IMG/VR virus record: IMGVR_UViG_3300020165_000007
Coordinates: 206,384 to 270,383 of that record
Reading direction: 5' to 3' (one strand)
Length of the DNA: 64,000 bases
Under the pieces are notes generated by a model. That model had not been told where the DNA came from, did no database searches, and saw only the letters and a program-made list of their open reading frames with translations. Positions 53,927 to 62,483 of this stretch are shown here, piece after piece. Every line of letters starts with the position of its first letter. Position 1 is the first letter of the stretch. The position numbers and the translations under genes were made by a program.

Positions 53927-54153
53927 ACTTTAAATTCTTTGTTAATATTTCCACATTCAGTACATTTATAGGTTTCCACGGGTACGTATTGGTCCTCAGA
54001 TGTACGAGCTATTAATCTACTAATTTTTTTTAAAACTGTCACTTTATCAAAGTAAATATTTTTACAATTTTCACACTCAGTATTAGTAGCATCTTTAATA
54101 TTAACTTGAATTTGATGTCCTCCCTGACCTAAATTTTCTAAATCCATATTCAT
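53923..54153 (-). CDS. Small Zn-ribbon protein
   Basis: CENC..CTECG. Confidence 0.75.
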   Translation of the reverse strand: MNMDLENLGQGGHQIQVNIKDATNTECENCKNIYFDKVTVLKKISRLIARTSEDQYVPVETYKCTECGNINKEFKV

Positions 54154-54154
54154 A

Positions 54155-54832
54155 TTATCTATTATCTATATGTATTATTACCTCATTATAAAATTCTATA
54201 AAGTGTTCATTCCATAAGTCCCATTTTATATCGATTCCATCAATAGAGTAAACTTTATGATTAGGAAATATTCTTAAAAATACATCTCTAAATTCTCTAA
54301 ATTGTTTTTTACTTTTAGGTGAATTTAAATGCCATTCACCTGCACATTTTTTCATATTTTCTTTTAACCAGCATATATTTTCGACCTTGAATACTCCATA
54401 TTCCCCACCTTCACAATCAGTTTTTAAAAAGTCTATTTTTTCTATATTATTTTCTTCAATAATTTGCATAAATGTTTTAGCTTTTACAATCTCATGATTC
54501 GTACTATCACCAAAAGATTCCGCAATTACTAAATCATTATCACTGATTACATTAGGTATGTAAGTATATGGAATACCATCTATATTTTTAAGTAATGTAA
54601 TTGATTGAGTTTTTGATGGTTCAATAACGTACAGGTGCTCTACGTTCCTATCTTTTAATTGGTATGACCAAGGTCCGATACTTGCACCTATGTCCATAAC
54701 TACATCATTTTCTTCTACTTCAAAAACAGTTTCGTATACATTTTTATCGGAATTAAAGAATTCCTCTTTAATAGTTCTTACGAACCATTCATTGGATTTT
54801 CCCCAATCAAATTTTTCTAAATCTATACTCAT
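54155..54832 (-). CDS. FkbM-family methyltransferase
   Basis: VVMDIGASIG, IEPS, IDFLKTDCEGGEY. Confidence 0.88.
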   Translation of the reverse strand: MSIDLEKFDWGKSNEWFVRTIKEEFFNSDKNVYETVFEVEENDVVMDIGASIGPWSYQLKDRNVEHLYVIEPSKTQSITLLKNIDGIPYTYIPNVISDNDLVIAESFGDSTNHEIVKAKTFMQIIEENNIEKIDFLKTDCEGGEYGVFKVENICWLKENMKKCAGEWHLNSPKSKKQFREFRDVFLRIFPNHKVYSIDGIDIKWDLWNEHFIEFYNEVIIHIDNR

Positions 54833-55590
54833 AATTCTTCTAACATTAATTTAATTTCCGTCTCTAAGTCTTTACACTTATAAACCTTATAGTTTTTATT
54901 TTTTTCATTAATCCATATAAGGTAACAATTACCTATTTTTAAATCAGTATTCTTTTCAATAATATGTTTATATAATGATAATTGTAGTGAATATGTATTT
55001 ATTTCGCACACATCTAAATGTGAAATAGGTTCTTTAAACCTTTGACCATAATTATTCTTGGTGTTAATAGCTTTGTTTGTTTTATAATCCCAAACTTCCA
55101 ACATATTTGATTTTTTATTATAAAATAAGCAATCAACCATACCACCTAAACCATAATCTTCATCTCCCACTACCAATTCCATTTTTACTGGGATTAAGTT
55201 TATTCGTGAGTCCTCATAAAAATTTTTAAATATCTGTTGACACTTGTCAAATCTTTCTTTTATTATATCGTGACCAAATTCTCTGATAGCTACAGAAGAA
55301 TCGTAAGGGAACTCTTTATTATTCCACCAATTCTCTGCGTAATCATGAACCGCAGACCCCTTTACTGTAGAGGTGTCCCTTTTTAAATCCCAATCGGCAA
55401 TGACATCATCTACTTTAAGTCCTCTTTTTGCCGCATATTCTTCAGCTATACGTTGTGTCTCAAATTTTGGTTTAAACATTCCGATAAACCTTGTGGCCGA
55501 CATAAGCTCCCTATCATGGATAAAATACTTATGAGGACCATCATAGTACTTTACATGGTTAAATTTACTTAACTCTAATATCGTTTCCAT
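54829..55590 (-). CDS. PD-(D/E)XK exonuclease (RecB/Cas4-like)
   Basis: GSAVHDYAE, GMVDCLF..WDYKT, QLSLY. Confidence 0.85.
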   Translation of the reverse strand: METILELSKFNHVKYYDGPHKYFIHDRELMSATRFIGMFKPKFETQRIAEEYAAKRGLKVDDVIADWDLKRDTSTVKGSAVHDYAENWWNNKEFPYDSSVAIREFGHDIIKERFDKCQQIFKNFYEDSRINLIPVKMELVVGDEDYGLGGMVDCLFYNKKSNMLEVWDYKTNKAINTKNNYGQRFKEPISHLDVCEINTYSLQLSLYKHIIEKNTDLKIGNCYLIWINEKNKNYKVYKCKDLETEIKLMLEEL

Positions 55591-56519
55591 TATTTTTCTA
55601 ATTTTATATATGAACCTTCAGGTATGACTCCTCTTAAATCTCCGAGGTCTTTACCCTCAGGTAGTTTAACTATTTTTATCCTTCCAAACAATTTACCACC
55701 CGATAGTTTATAGTAAAGTCTTTTAGCATCTTCCCACGCATCTTCATCAAGACAAATTATAATGTCTTTTTTAGACCTTTCATAAAGAACTTCCCATAAG
55801 TTATCATTAATATATTTACCTAATAAAGGTATAGAGTTCGGTACAAAGAACCCATCAAACACTCCTTCTACAATCCATATATCTTCTTCCCAATTAATTC
55901 TACTCTCATTAAAAATAAGAAATTCTTTAGCCGCTTCAGGGTTTTTATATTTCATTCGAGTATTTGGGTTCCAACTCCTACTTACAAAGTAATTTAGTTT
56001 ACCTTCCATATCATATGAAGGAACGATAATACGACCCGTATAATCACCTTCGTAAGCAAAACCTATGTCGTACTTATCTATAATGTCTTTAGTGATACCA
56101 CGACCCTTTAAATAGTTCATAGCCCTCTTTTTCTGAGGGTATAAGTCACTAACGTCATCAAACCTATAATATTCCTTGGGTAAGGTTAATTTTTTATAGG
56201 TTTTCTCTTCCCTGATAAATTCATCAGGTCTGATAAGTTCATAATATTGTTTGTCTTTCTTACCCCCATACCTTTCTATTAACCAACCTAAATGACCTTT
56301 TGTGTTGTGTGTCTCAGCACAAGCCCAACATTTATAAACATGGTCACCGTAATTGACTTCTAGGTTACCTTTACCGTCACCTTTATCTAAACCTTTAATA
56401 TCATAGGAACACACAGGACAATCAAAAGATATTTGATTCCTGTGTTCATTATGCGCATGTTCTCTACCGAACATACTTGTCAACATATCAACTATTAATC
56501 CTTCATCAGTATGGTCCAT
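55590..56519 (-). CDS. DNA primase (Zn finger plus TOPRIM)
   Basis: CPVC..CWAC, YLKGRGI, RIIVP, KYKN, VEGVFD, LDED, KDLGD. Confidence 0.9.
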   Translation of the reverse strand: MDHTDEGLIVDMLTSMFGREHAHNEHRNQISFDCPVCSYDIKGLDKGDGKGNLEVNYGDHVYKCWACAETHNTKGHLGWLIERYGGKKDKQYYELIRPDEFIREEKTYKKLTLPKEYYRFDDVSDLYPQKKRAMNYLKGRGITKDIIDKYDIGFAYEGDYTGRIIVPSYDMEGKLNYFVSRSWNPNTRMKYKNPEAAKEFLIFNESRINWEEDIWIVEGVFDGFFVPNSIPLLGKYINDNLWEVLYERSKKDIIICLDEDAWEDAKRLYYKLSGGKLFGRIKIVKLPEGKDLGDLRGVIPEGSYIKLEK

Positions 56520-56554
56520 AGAATGAAGATAAGTAAAATATACTTAATAATCAA

Positions 56555-57157
56555 TTACCATATACCCTCTTTATTCATATAACCTAAAACGCATGTATAC
56601 GCATCTGCTTGGTCGAAACATTCTTTCTTAAGGGTATTATTTCTAGTATATAACCATGTTATTTGTGGTTCCTTATCAGAAACTTTTTTCCAAATTAACT
56701 CTTTTTTATCTATGTCCTTTGGTAGTCCTCCAAATAAAACTCTCTTCCCCTTGTTATTTTCTTGTACTAAAGAAGGCCAAGCAAATTTTCTTGAGTTATA
56801 TGTCGATATGTAGTTTGGGATTATACCTAAAGTTTTATATATCGACCTAGATATCATAGAGTTATATCTCAAAAGTGTACCTACGGTCCATATGTTATTA
56901 GAGTTTAAAAGGGGTTCTTCAATAACTATTTTAGTTATTCCCATATTTTTATAATCATTTAACTTGTCTTCAAACGCGTCGACTTTAAACAATAACTCCT
57001 CCATCTTATCTTCAGGTTTAGGTTTAATAACTGGTGATACGTGAGTTAATTCTAAAAGATTCTGAGTTTCTAAGTCGAATAAAGCCCAACCTATAGTTTT
57101 GGTTGAGATGTCTAACCCCAACACTTTTGGGGTATTCTTAAGGTTACTTTTGGTCAT
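56555..57157 (-). CDS. RuvC-like Holliday junction resolvase
   Basis: LGLDISTKTIG, VIEEP, DQADA. Confidence 0.85.
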   Translation of the reverse strand: MTKSNLKNTPKVLGLDISTKTIGWALFDLETQNLLELTHVSPVIKPKPEDKMEELLFKVDAFEDKLNDYKNMGITKIVIEEPLLNSNNIWTVGTLLRYNSMISRSIYKTLGIIPNYISTYNSRKFAWPSLVQENNKGKRVLFGGLPKDIDKKELIWKKVSDKEPQITWLYTRNNTLKKECFDQADAYTCVLGYMNKEGIW

Positions 57158-57163
57158 GTAATA

Positions 57164-59383
57164 TTAAAAATCTATTTTTATATTGTATTGTTGTACACCT
57201 AACCTCATTTCGGGGGACTGTACTTTAGATATAATCATAAGATTTTTATTATTATCGTAAAGCCCAACCTCAGAAACATAAGGTGTATCGGAGGTTGACC
57301 ATGTGGGATTGTTTGAAGTCATAAATTGACTTTGTCCTAAATTACATAGATAATTTAATACATATATTGTAGCTTGAATATCTGTTTGTAGTTCTCCATA
57401 AAAGAAGTATTCACCTCCAAAATTTAAAGTTTGTCCTGTTTCACCCACAGTCGGGATATCAATATAATTAGATAAATTATAGATTGGTGCAGAATCAAAG
57501 TCAGGTTTATTAATACTAATGGTTGAGTTTGTTAAACCTGTGGCTGTTATATAACCACCTATTTTAGTAGATTCAATCTGACTTGTTACGTTTATCTCAC
57601 TCCATAAAGAAGGATTAGGTCTTTGACCTGTCGTAACTTTTTGTGCTAAAATAATTAATTCGTTTGCTGAAAATCCTGAAGGTGTTGACCCGATTATATG
57701 TTCCAAAAATGGAAACTCGTCACCTAACCTAAATGTAACATCAGCAGTATCTGGTGGACAGTCGGGGTTAGTTCCTGATATCAAACTATAATAATTACAA
57801 TGAAGTGAATCAGTAAATGCAGTACTATTAAATCTATAGGTCACCCATAGAGATTCTGAAGACCCACTTAATAAACCTTCATCATCTGCCGCCGTATCGT
57901 TACAGGTGTTAGGTACAATTAAACCTAACTGAGGTGCGGGTAAAGTCCAATTTCGATTTGACTTATAACTTAACGACGCAATAATTTCATCATCATCAAA
58001 AGTAACTATTTTTAAATCAGGCCATACTTTACCTACTCTATTTGGATATCCGTTTGTATTGGTGTTCGTATCCCATAGGTGGTAGTACCTTAACCCTGGT
58101 TCATTCATGTTACTATTAGGTGTTGACTTCATATAGTAAACCGTGAATAGATTTAGATTACTATAACCAGGTGGGTCCACATAAAATGTTTCCCCAATAC
58201 TACCATCGGTAGATTTGTGCCACATTAAAGTAGGAATTGTTATTTTAAAATTACGAGCCTGACCTGTCTCTCCCGCATCTGTAGAATCATAAGGTTCTAA
58301 AGCAAATTTTTCACCATAATAATTATCAATGGCTTGATTTGTGTAATGTACAATAGATATTGATTTTTGGTCTGATGGTGATAGGTTAATTTTTTCACTA
58401 AATGAATTATAATAATATGTACTACTTGTGTCAGTTTGACCGGTATTCGAATTGTAACCCAAATACTCTTTTGTACCAATATATGACCTAGAATCGTAAG
58501 TGGTATAATCTTGGTTGAGAGTACTGAATACTCCTGATGGCGATTCAGTCCACGGTATATTCATATTCCATATTTTAACATCAGTATTAGAAATATCACA
58601 ATTACTTTCAAAGTCAATTGCGTCACTTTGCCAATAGTATGAAGGTGTTATAGAATCATACAACTCAGTCATACCTGAAGGGTAAAATATGACTCTACCA
58701 TTACCACTATACCCCATACTATTAAAGTCAGGTAACTCTCTATCTAATTTGACACTAACTGAACCTGTATTACCTGACGTATCACCAGTCACATTAATTA
58801 CTTTATATGTGAGTATGGGATAATTCTGTGTGATAGAGGAGACTGAACCCGACTGTCCGAAAAATAACACAGCAAAGTCACCTTCTTGTGTGTTACCTGT
58901 CACGTCACTATCTAAAACATCGGCACCTACTGTTAAGGTATCACCGGAATTAATGTTAGATATATTAAATATAAAGTTAGGGTTAACAGTATATCCCGTA
59001 GAAACTAAAACATTGTCATATCTATTTAAAGTTTCTCCAGTATTAAAAAAACCTCTCGGTGCCGCAGTATTATAGATTGGGTCAATATATGAGTTTTGAA
59101 CTGGTATCCCGAAAGTACTATCTGAAGTAGACGTAACTTTTATAGGGTACTTTATATTAGATTTACTTTTTTCAGGTATTGGAGATAAGTTTTGAGCGTT
59201 ATAATCGGCGTCTAATACCATTCCAGATGTTAAGTCTTCTCCACTCACACAGTCATAACAAACTTCACTATCACCTACTTGGAAATAGGATATATTAAAT
59301 TTACCCTCTGACATCTTTTTACGAGCGGCGTCGGTAACTTTCGTAGTTAATAGAGCTGCGGTATTTTTAATTATATATCCCAT
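57164..59383 (-). CDS. Putative virion structural protein (tail/baseplate-associated)
   Basis: T/S/G/N-rich; ends VSEVGLYDNNKNLMIISKV..KIDF like tail-collar/baseplate modules; TATTTAT at 59389-59395. Confidence 0.55.
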   Translation of the reverse strand: MGYIIKNTAALLTTKVTDAARKKMSEGKFNISYFQVGDSEVCYDCVSGEDLTSGMVLDADYNAQNLSPIPEKSKSNIKYPIKVTSTSDSTFGIPVQNSYIDPIYNTAAPRGFFNTGETLNRYDNVLVSTGYTVNPNFIFNISNINSGDTLTVGADVLDSDVTGNTQEGDFAVLFFGQSGSVSSITQNYPILTYKVINVTGDTSGNTGSVSVKLDRELPDFNSMGYSGNGRVIFYPSGMTELYDSITPSYYWQSDAIDFESNCDISNTDVKIWNMNIPWTESPSGVFSTLNQDYTTYDSRSYIGTKEYLGYNSNTGQTDTSSTYYYNSFSEKINLSPSDQKSISIVHYTNQAIDNYYGEKFALEPYDSTDAGETGQARNFKITIPTLMWHKSTDGSIGETFYVDPPGYSNLNLFTVYYMKSTPNSNMNEPGLRYYHLWDTNTNTNGYPNRVGKVWPDLKIVTFDDDEIIASLSYKSNRNWTLPAPQLGLIVPNTCNDTAADDEGLLSGSSESLWVTYRFNSTAFTDSLHCNYYSLISGTNPDCPPDTADVTFRLGDEFPFLEHIIGSTPSGFSANELIILAQKVTTGQRPNPSLWSEINVTSQIESTKIGGYITATGLTNSTISINKPDFDSAPIYNLSNYIDIPTVGETGQTLNFGGEYFFYGELQTDIQATIYVLNYLCNLGQSQFMTSNNPTWSTSDTPYVSEVGLYDNNKNLMIISKVQSPEMRLGVQQYNIKIDF

Positions 59384-59414
59384 TGATTATAAATATTCTT
59401 TTAGTCATTTTATT

Positions 59415-62114
59415 TTAAGTTAGTGGAGCAGTACAGTCGTATATTGTTATATTTTCAGCGATGGGGGTATTAGCGTTAACCACATTTCCACAGTTACTAT
59501 TATTTAACCTTAGATTAGATACTTGTAATGTCGTATTATATGTTCCGACCATTCTACACTCTGGAGAACAATCAACTCCATTACCACTTATAGTTACAGT
59601 TTGAGTTACAACACCGTTTAATGAAGTATCTGTACTACTTAAATTTAAAGAATTTACAAAGTTTGTGAAGGTTTCAGTAATTTGTTGTGTTGGTTTTACC
59701 GTACATCCTGTATCGACAGATGTTGTTACGGTTGCTGAGGTATTATATGGTATATTTAAATTACCGTTTTTAGTAATTGTATGTACATAACTAAATGATG
59801 ATATTCCAGTATCCCTATATTGTCTAATGTGATTTAAACTTAAATTGAAGGTTATGTCTTCACCCGCACTTAACGCAGGATTAATCTGAACTCCGTAGTT
59901 CCAAGTTCTTGTTCCATTACTACTGTTAGTTACATTTGATGTTAAACTTACAGTATATGTCGTTGAATCCTCACCTTGGTTAATTGTAAATACTGTAGTA
60001 GTGGTATTTCCTGAATTATCCTGCACCTCCCCTAAGTAATTACCTGACGATAAACCGTTAAATATACCAACATTACTATATGCTGGGTATGGTAATATGT
60101 TTTGCACTCTATATTGATATGGAGGATATCCCCCGTCTGCAGTTAGTATTACCGCACCATTTTCATTCCCTTTACACACCTCGTCACTTATTACAGAATT
60201 TAAAGTTAATGGTATCCCTAAACATGAACCTTCAGTCATTTCCCATGTAAGTGGTTGATTATTACCTAAGTTAGTAAAGTTACCTGTAGGTATAGTCTCG
60301 TTAACATTTCTAACCATACCTCCAACACCTATATTAGTCCATGGAGTTATCTCCCATCTATTTAAAGAGATATTATATTTTAAAGTTAAGGTGTTTGGTG
60401 TGTTTTCCCACACAAAATAATTATTTACATCCGTACCACTAGGTGTAAAATCGTATTGATTATTCGAGTTGGAAAAACATAAGGTAGGTTGAAATATTGG
60501 GTTAGGTGGGGATGGTTGACATTTCAAACAACTATCATATATGTTAGATACTGTTAATGCTGAGAATGTTTGACCTGTAGAAAGTAACCTTTGGTTATAT
60601 GAATAACAACCGTTTGTGTTAGTAAAATTATATATTGTGTTACCTGTTAGTCCAGCTATTGGTGATGTGTAAATTTTTTCGGTTGATAGACTGATACCTG
60701 AGAAGAACTCATCTATTACTTCACCTACCACTCCCCCTTGGAATCCTCCTACTGTGGGGTCTACTTGCCAATCAAAATTCTTTAATCCTGCACCGTTTTT
60801 ATATGTTGGGTTTAAGTTAGTATATGTAGTAGTACCAGTTAATCCTGAATATACGTTTGTGGTGGTTAACGCGCTTAAATTTAAACTTAATGGTCCCACA
60901 TTTGTTATAGGTGTATCGTATTTATCCTCAAAGGTTGTTGCGGATATAGTCGTCCCTTCTACCGCAGCAACAGTATGTTGGATATATGGTATCTCTGCCG
61001 TGTTATTTTCAATAACAGGGAAAATAAATCCTTCAAATCTTCCACTCTCATCTTTTATGTCTTCCCATACTTTCAAAAAGGATTCATAGTCATGAGTAAA
61101 TCTATTCGACGGTTCCTGTTGGGTTGTCGCACTCCATCCCGTACCTGACAAAGCAAAAGGGTTGGTGAATAGATAGTTTTTATTTGGCTGTCCACTTATT
61201 GTGTTAACATTACCATGATATAGTCCGGTATCTCCATCTGCCTCATCTGATACTATTATACATAAATAGTTTTTATCACCACCAATAAAATCGCCATATA
61301 TTGTTTCGTAATTACCTGTCATAGATGGTGTAACTGTGAAGGGTACACCCATACTTCTAACATCATCACTACCATAAGCACCTGTTAAGGTAAAACCATT
61401 ATTAATTCTCTGATATATATCTGATATTAAACCTCCAGCAACTGATGTACTAAAATTAAAAGATGGTTGTCTAGGTACACATTTTCCACCGTCACTAGAT
61501 TCACACCAATTCGAGTTATATGTTGAATAGTTTACTGATTGTCCGTCGAGTCCAAAAGATTTTATCTCTGTTATTCCATCTGATAGCGTTCCACCTGTTA
61601 AAGAACCCAAATATGGGTATGTTGACCACCATAACCAATTCTCAGCATTGTGATTTTCTTTACCTACTACACCTTCATATAATAATCCACCAAATCCATT
61701 ATTCTTTTTAGTCTGATACCAAGTTCTTATACTTTCCGAGGCTTGTGCCGCTGTTGTATAATTTAAAGATGTTCCATCATAAAATACAAATATATTCGGG
61801 TTAAATTCTTCTTCACATTTTATAAATTCATCTAAATAAAACGTATCATTACCTACAGTACATGTGACAGTCGTAGTATAATCACCATAATAATCTGTTA
61901 CTGTAGCAACATAGTTTCCTGATTGTAAGTTACCTATATAGTTACCGACACCTCCATTAGCCCAAGTAACTGTATAAGGTGATGTCCCTCCGTTAATAAA
62001 TAACTGAATAGAACCGTCTTGAGTTTCAGGACTTGTAGCATTTGTAGGGTTACAAGTCACCTCAAGAGGTCTTAAGCTAATAACATTACAATTATTTTGA
62101 TTAATTTCTGACAT
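59415..62114 (-). CDS. Putative virion protein with SprB-like repeats and possible vWA-like domain (start corrected to MSEINQ)
   Basis: DGSIQLFINGGTSPYTVTW and NGAVILTADGGYPPYQY; FYDGTS and IVSDE; TATTTAT at 62120-62126. Confidence 0.6.
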   Translation of the reverse strand: MSEINQNNCNVISLRPLEVTCNPTNATSPETQDGSIQLFINGGTSPYTVTWANGGVGNYIGNLQSGNYVATVTDYYGDYTTTVTCTVGNDTFYLDEFIKCEEEFNPNIFVFYDGTSLNYTTAAQASESIRTWYQTKKNNGFGGLLYEGVVGKENHNAENWLWWSTYPYLGSLTGGTLSDGITEIKSFGLDGQSVNYSTYNSNWCESSDGGKCVPRQPSFNFSTSVAGGLISDIYQRINNGFTLTGAYGSDDVRSMGVPFTVTPSMTGNYETIYGDFIGGDKNYLCIIVSDEADGDTGLYHGNVNTISGQPNKNYLFTNPFALSGTGWSATTQQEPSNRFTHDYESFLKVWEDIKDESGRFEGFIFPVIENNTAEIPYIQHTVAAVEGTTISATTFEDKYDTPITNVGPLSLNLSALTTTNVYSGLTGTTTYTNLNPTYKNGAGLKNFDWQVDPTVGGFQGGVVGEVIDEFFSGISLSTEKIYTSPIAGLTGNTIYNFTNTNGCYSYNQRLLSTGQTFSALTVSNIYDSCLKCQPSPPNPIFQPTLCFSNSNNQYDFTPSGTDVNNYFVWENTPNTLTLKYNISLNRWEITPWTNIGVGGMVRNVNETIPTGNFTNLGNNQPLTWEMTEGSCLGIPLTLNSVISDEVCKGNENGAVILTADGGYPPYQYRVQNILPYPAYSNVGIFNGLSSGNYLGEVQDNSGNTTTTVFTINQGEDSTTYTVSLTSNVTNSSNGTRTWNYGVQINPALSAGEDITFNLSLNHIRQYRDTGISSFSYVHTITKNGNLNIPYNTSATVTTSVDTGCTVKPTQQITETFTNFVNSLNLSSTDTSLNGVVTQTVTISGNGVDCSPECRMVGTYNTTLQVSNLRLNNSNCGNVVNANTPIAENITIYDCTAPLT

Positions 62115-62143
62115 TATATATAAATACAATCATAAAATGATTT

Positions 62144-62470
62144 TTAGAATTTTACATCCTTAGAATAACATATTGTTATTTCTTCATCTTTATCGATGTC
62201 CATTAAAGAGTAAAGGTAGAGATATTCATCATTTTTATTGTTTTTTATTACGGCATTTGGTTCCTCTGAATGGTTCAAAAAAGAAGAGTATGATGTCATC
62301 ACACACAATTTACCATTAGTCAATCCGAAAGCATATTTTTTAAACTCTTCAATTTGGTCTTCCCTATTAAATTCTATGTAAGGAATTTTTTCTATTAACT
62401 CCTCTTTATGGATGTCTTTATTCGCAAAAACTCCTCTCCCCTGTATTTTTGATTCTCTTATGTATATCAT
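62144..62470 (-). CDS. SET-domain protein lysine methyltransferase
   Basis: SKIQGRGVFA, FLNHSEEPN, DIDKDEEITICY. Confidence 0.9.
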   Translation of the reverse strand: MIYIRESKIQGRGVFANKDIHKEELIEKIPYIEFNREDQIEEFKKYAFGLTNGKLCVMTSYSSFLNHSEEPNAVIKNNKNDEYLYLYSLMDIDKDEEITICYSKDVKF

Positions 62471-62483
62471 CTAACCATATCTA

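Noticed and set aside
11235-61711. Other short antisense or alternate-frame ORFs in the track (e.g. 11235, 12123, 16783, 18898, 21030, 22894, 24028, 28451, 30238, 35725, 40912, 42827, 47856, 51552, 51822, 52998, 58830, 60754)
   Set aside because: They lie wholly or almost wholly within long motif-bearing genes and show the Ser/Phe/Ile bias of reverse-frame reads.
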